Assembly (NCBI GenBank): GCA_020891255.1
Contig: BQFW01000015.1
Span: 2,232,001 to 2,296,000 of the forward strand
Length of the DNA: 64,000 nucleotides
Source of the DNA: Entomortierella parvispora E1425
Taxonomy: Eukaryota > Fungi > Mortierellomycota
Reading direction: 5' to 3'
Notes under the pieces: generated by a model
The model's input: only the letters and a program-made list of their open reading frames with translations
The model's database searches: none
What the model was told of the DNA's origin: nothing
Part shown: in pieces, positions 58,568-64,000 of the stretch
How the letters are laid out: every line of letters starts with the position of its first letter
Numbering within the stretch: the stretch's first letter is position 1
Made by a program: the position numbers and the translations under genes

Positions 58568-61500
58568 TCAGAGCGGTGAGTGCATCCCCAACTTGGTATT
58601 AAATTCGAGCTTGGCGAGCTTTTGAGCGCGCACGCACTCCTTAGCATCACGCGTCTTTACGAGTTCCTGTACGGGTAAAAACACCACCGGCCAGAGGAAC
58701 GACAGCACAAAGAGCCACCACGGCACTTCCTGTACCCGGTGAGGACCTCGGAAGAGCGAGATTACACAGAATACAAACTGCAGCCCAATGCTATTTTGAT
58801 CGACAGGTTATGAAGGGAGGGGTGAGTAAACAAGGGGGAAAAGTTCACCAGCAATTAGCATCATGCATTTGCCACCATTTCCGCTGGGTTCCAAAAAAAA
58901 AAAAAAAGAAAGGGGGGAAATGAAAAACATAAAATGAAAAGCGTACCTGACAATGCACACGCCGATCCAGACACGATTCTTCCAGGGCTTGAACGCACGG
59001 AGGGACAAAGTCCTGCTCATGAAGGTGCTGGACATCCAGATCATATACCACACCCAGACAACGAGAGTGTAATTTTGGGCATACAGCAGCGCCCATTGCT
59101 CTTCATCCGACCATTGTAACCATGGCGATCCACCAAAGCTGTTGAAGAGAAAACTATATCCCTCCTGACCATCATAGATATGAAGCGTGCTGTGTGTACC
59201 GGGTAATAAACGCTGGTTAGTGTTTGATGCTCTAACTTGGTTACAGCCGGCCCAATTCTCACAAGACTTACAAAAGGAAGATAAAGACACACATGGCGAT
59301 CGGCAAAATGAACCTTGCAAGGAAATAAAAGATAAATCTCTGAAGATCCCGCAGTGGAGAGATGTTCTTGCCTAAAAGTATACAAAAGCATGTCAGATAC
59401 TACGAGTCAATGAAAGCTCGCACATTTCCATGTTTTGACAGAGTAATCTTACTGGGCATCATAGTCATAGTGTCCGGCTCGTGGGGAGAGAAAAAGAATG
59501 AGAGAATGATGAGCGGGACTATGATCCACATCAACCACAGAATCTGGTAGCCTGTCATTGCCGCAGGGAGCAGGAAGCAGTAGGACACCAGTAGTAGCAG
59601 CGAAATGGACAGGAAGGAGGCAATCATGAAGACCACACCCTAACATAATACAACAAAGAATATCGAAATAATTAGCGCGATGCCTTTGCCTTCAAAGTCA
59701 ATGATGCGTTCGATCAACCTACTTGTCTTTGAGAGTTTAGCAGTCGGCGCGCTTCTCGAACGACCTGCGTGAGGGCGTACAGACTGGTTTCACTATGCAT
59801 AGTCAACCCGCAAGGCAAACTATTGATCTTGGCGCCAAGAGAAAAGGCAGATCGGGATTCAGGGCTAGAGTGCATTCGGATGGGCTCCATCCCTACACTA
59901 ATGTCGGCCTAAAATCAAAATGCATTAGGGTCACTACATGTATCAAAATAGCAATATCCTTGCAGCCTTTTCGACTTCAGCCTTTACCTTTGCAAACGCT
60001 GCAATATTGTTGATGTTGAGGGAGCTGCCAATACAGCAAACAACTTCGCCGTAGTCCTGAAAGATCTTGATCATATCAGTGGCAGCCTCGTCCCCGCACT
60101 CTGCAAATAAAGAGACGTGCAATGGAATATCGTCCACCGTCTCAAGATGGGGTCGAATGTTCTCGATTCCTCGAGGAAGTTGGGCCTTGATATCGTACGA
60201 CTCCAAATAGCCGGTACCAGCTCCAAACGGGTCGGAGGCAGACGAGAGCAAGATGCAGCTGTTCCAATCTGTTTCTAAGCCCAACCGATCTGCGAATGCC
60301 TTGCTCTCCCGCTCGCTTGCTGGTGAAAAGTATACAAATCGAATTCCTGCCAGGCCCAAGTCCTCGATGAAATCACATACATTCTATTCATTTGTTGATA
60401 GAAAGAGTCGCGGATGTTAGAGCCATCCATAGATTCATAGCAGTGCCAGCACCAATCATCTATAGTGAAGAGTTACCGTTTTTGGCTGATGTGCAAGAGT
60501 GGTCATTCCTAGGAAAATTTGGCCTTGGATTGCCTCTTCGCAAAACTCTGTAGAGTTTAACGGTGGTTGGCTATCCATGACGTCTTCTCTCTCCTCTTCC
60601 ATATCCAGCTCCCGTAATTTTCGCCATCGTTGCAAAGGCCCTGACTCTATCTTTGAGGATGATATGCCTGCATCCTCTGTTGAAGATCCATACTGGTGCT
60701 CGTCGTCAGAATACCCCCCATCAATCTCGATCACGATGTTGACAGGGTCCGGAAGACTACTCATGTCCACTCTTGGCACGGAAGCTCGTACTTCCTGAGA
60801 TTGCTCACTCTCTTCACTCTCGCGACCTGCCTTTTCATCAGAGTCCGAGGGCGGGCTGCCACTGTCTGATGACGGATCCAGCCTTTTGTCTTCTTCTGGC
60901 GTGATACGAACTGGCAATGTCAAGAATCCTGGAGTCGTTGGGTCGAAATCAGGAGCGTCAGCTTCTTTCTCGATAGCAATGGGTCTATAAGCATACGCCA
61001 CACATTGCAGGTCATTGACCACCGCCGTCTGATAAAAGTCGGAAACTTTCTTGAGCATCTACAACGCATGGAATAAAAATACAGTGAGCAGATATTCCTA
61101 GGACCATTTCAACATTCTCCCATAATCTTACCACTTCGTTCAATTCTTGAAGACCGGTTCCGTTCCAGTACTCTGTGCAGCATTCGACAACACATTCAAC
61201 ATGCCCATCGGTAAGGACCATGTAGCTGTCACTCCCTCTTTCATGGTATATAGTGCTCAACATTGTTGGGATTTCGAACGTTGCCAACTTTCCAAAGCTC
61301 ATGGGCGGCATCGGCAAGTAGGGATGGTAGCAAAGGATCTCCTTTTGAAGAGTGAATGGGTACAGCGCCTCATTTGTGAATCCGACTTCCTTACCCAGTC
61401 GACAGAGACAAGTTTGTTGAGCAGCTCTTGTCCGTGAATGATAATGCAGCGTGTTGCACTTCCTGTGGGCTTCCCGTCTCCTTGGCGCAGATAGTGACCC

Positions 61501-63755
61501 ACAGCTGGTGTTTAAAAGCTGGTTCAGCCCAATGGGTTTGAGCGACTGGATATAGTTATCCCAATCCTTGTCCTCGAAACGCATTCCATTTGGTGAGAGT
61601 TCATCTTCGAGAACATCCAGAACGACTGTTTCCTCGCCCTCCGTTGCAATCAGAACTTGCTCTACTGCGGGAAAAGCTGTGGCAATGGTCCCTTCCTTGT
61701 CAATACTGCAGATCACAGTGATCCCTCCCAAGCTTTCCACCAGGTTTGTGCTGCGAGTCAAGCCGTCGTCAAAGTCCTGACCGCTGTCTCCCCAGCGTGT
61801 AAGCAAACGCCAGAACCGCTTCCAGACGTCTTTACGCGCAATATTGACATTCTTTGTCGGTGGTGGCGCCTCAACATCAAACTCGTCAACATCCTGATCA
61901 TCTTCGTACTCTGTTTTGGATATCTGAAGCGTGTTGAACAAGACCAGGATGGTAGCATTGGTGTAGGCCTTGGAGATTTGAAGCAGGGTCGGCAAAGAGA
62001 GGGGGAGAAGCGGCAGCGCGGCATAGATAGGAAGCGCCAGAAGCTCCTCAACCCCTTGAGAGGGGTGGTGCAGCTGAAGAACTTCCTTGAGAACATAACG
62101 CAGAAGGTTGATCGCAAAGGCCAAAAGCGCAATTCCCAGCAACAGTTTGCCAAAGATCAGCTTATGGATGACAAGCAACTGCTTCTGAATCAAACTCTTG
62201 GGTCGTGGAGTGGGGTCCAGCGCTACATGCAGGATGCTCTCTAAAGGCGTTTCCAGAACCTCAAAGGTATACCGCCCTTGAAATGCATTATGCTGTCGTT
62301 GTATCTCTCCTGGGGGAAGACTTTTGAACAGATCGGGCTGAAACGTCTCCTTCTTGTTGAGGAAAAACTCGCGAGATTTCCCGTGTTGAAAGTGATGGTG
62401 GTGATGTTTGTGATGATGGTGGTGGTGACCATTGCGAGGCGAGTTGGGATGTTCAATGTCGTGAAGCGACAGCATACAGAGGACTCTACAGGGAGCCACA
62501 TCACCATGGACCATTTCGATCAGGTCGCCTTTGACTATGAGGTTGCTGGGCAGAGTTCTAACAACGCCTGATCGAATGACTCGAACGGTGCTCACAGAAG
62601 GGATGGAGGGAATTTTGAGTTCCTAGAATACGATGAAGTCTGTCAGATCCTGAACGTCATTGTCATGCGGCATATTCAGTATTCGGTCCTCAGGCTTACC
62701 TGTCCTGGTTGAAGGCGAATGTTCTCCAGTTCGGCAATGATGCCTTTGACACGGTCCTTGACCTCGCGTCCTCGCAGCTGCAGCTCCCTCCTGTTCATGT
62801 ATGCATTCCAGACAAAGATTGCGGCCAGTATCGCTACTTCCACGATCGTTCCAACAAGACGCGACTGGCGTGGCGAGGCGTTGAGGGTGCCATAAATGTA
62901 AAATACGAGAAGGCACAGGATTGCGACCACTGTGGCGATGGAGGAGAATGCAGTGATATAATGCACAAAGTCTATTTGTCCATGGACACAAAAGAGAGAG
63001 AAATGGAGATGAGGGTCTGGTCCGTGGCAAGGTTCATCATGCGTGATCAGAGTGGTTCTTTTCATACGTTCCATGCTCGTAGCTCGGGTGTGGTACTGCT
63101 CCAACACGACGGCAGCCACATCTATCAGTTTCCTGGGATCATCAAAGGGGGAGAGAGGGGGTGAGGCAGTTACAAAACAAAGGCAAGTTAGTGCACCATC
63201 CCTGGCACAGCGTTATAGCTGGTCAATGCGCATCCTGTGTTGCCATGGAAAATATCCCTACGTGATGGCCTCGTCGGTCGTTAATCCGGAGAAGGATCCT
63301 TCTAGTTCGTTCATGGCGACGGTGATCTCCTGCACCCCTCTCTCAAGATCGTCATCCTCAGAGTGGCGGGGAAGCTGCATCGAGGGGCGATTTGTGATAT
63401 CATCTAGGAGCACCGGTTCATCCGACGCATGGGTCTTGATCTTTCTCTGCTGCTTTGCGCTGTGGTGGCGGTTGTGTCCTCCGCTGACAGAGTTGACAGA
63501 GTTGGTAGGCGTGAGCTGTTCAGAGGAAAGCGTAGCGTATTCCTGCGTCGGTGTACGATCGATCCTTGTCATGGGTATAGTCTCTACTAAAGTGGACGGT
63601 TGGCCCGCAGGCCCTTCGGGCGGGAATGAGGGGTCATTGACGAGCTGCTCCATTGGCATGGGTTCGACATCCAGTGTCTGTGCGGAGGTTGGCTGCAAAG
63701 GGGGGAAAGACTGTGGCGATGACTGGTGCTCCGGCGAGGCTTTGTTTGGGTTCAT
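58568..63755 (-). CDS. TMEM94: TMEM94/ERMA-like atypical P-type ATPase (multi-exon, complete in window)
   Basis: LGLT..EA N-terminal motif; VIRSG....LP.NL.V.GDLIE..GD.AP; SLGGITVICSIDKEGT; GIRFVYFS...ERESKAFADRLGLETDWNSCILLS; AQLPRGIENIRPHLETVDDIPLHVSLFAEC; IKIFQDYGEVVCCIGSSLN; C-terminus KLEFNTKLGMHSPL. GT-AG introns keep frame throughout. Confidence 0.88.
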
Positions 63756-63830
63756 TTTCCTTCAGCTGGTTGCGTCCATTGGATGGGAGGAGGGACAGTA
63801 GCGTGGTTGGGAAAGCGGAATGGCACAGAT

Positions 63831-63960
63831 GGAGTAGAGAGGAGTAGAGAGGAGAGGAGACGAGTAGAGAGGAGAGGAGAGGAGTAGAGAGGAGAGGAGA
63901 GGAGAGGAGAGGAGAGGAGAGGAGAGGAGAGGAGAGGAGAGGAGAGGAGAGGAGAGGAGA
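63831..63960. repeat. (GGAGA)n pentanucleotide repeat with GGAGT variants, followed by (GAAT)n at the window end
   Basis: Seen directly upstream of the TMEM94 ATG; pyrimidine-rich on the coding strand. Confidence 0.95.
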
Positions 63961-64000
63961 GGGAAGGAGAGCGAATGAAATGAATGAATGAATGAATGAA

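Noticed and set aside
1-64000. tRNA, rRNA, snoRNA, CRISPR arrays, transposases, LTRs, NRPS/PKS
   Set aside because: None recognised by eye. All repeats are microsatellites or gene duplications. An Rfam/tRNAscan run would be needed to exclude small RNAs.

Overview
Eukaryotic, intron-containing, gene-dense fungal genomic DNA. The gene set (PTPS, a TMEM94-type P-type ATPase, a long F-box/LRR-like protein, Rtg2) suggests an early-diverging fungus, probably Mortierellaceae; this is inference. I reconstructed about 23 protein-coding genes and 2 pseudogenes by hand, joining ORFs across GT(GC)-AG introns. Housekeeping genes: Dnf3-like P4-ATPase flippase, RBMX2/Ist3, PAQR/Izh, Rtg2, LYRM2-like, PTPS, TFIIIC triple-barrel subunit, Sts1/Cut8, TMEM94/ERMA. 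They surround two tandem CAZyme arrays: secreted BBE-like/AA7 flavin oxidases (3 intact plus a 3' pseudogene fragment) and lichenase-type GH16 hydrolases (4 intact plus 1 pseudogene). A membrane-anchored bacterial-type beta-helix enzyme, a DUF3605 protein and a GNAT lie between the arrays. The most unusual items are an N-myristoylated 'half-kinase' with only a PASK/PIM-like N-lobe, a paraoxonase homologue lacking most catalytic Ca ligands, the beta-helix protein with a probable hidden frameshift, a TMEM94 whose GMN motif reads GMH, and an in-frame duplicated GPI-like tail behind a stop codon. I recognised no tRNA, rRNA, CRISPR array or transposon. All family calls come from motif recognition by eye, not database searches.
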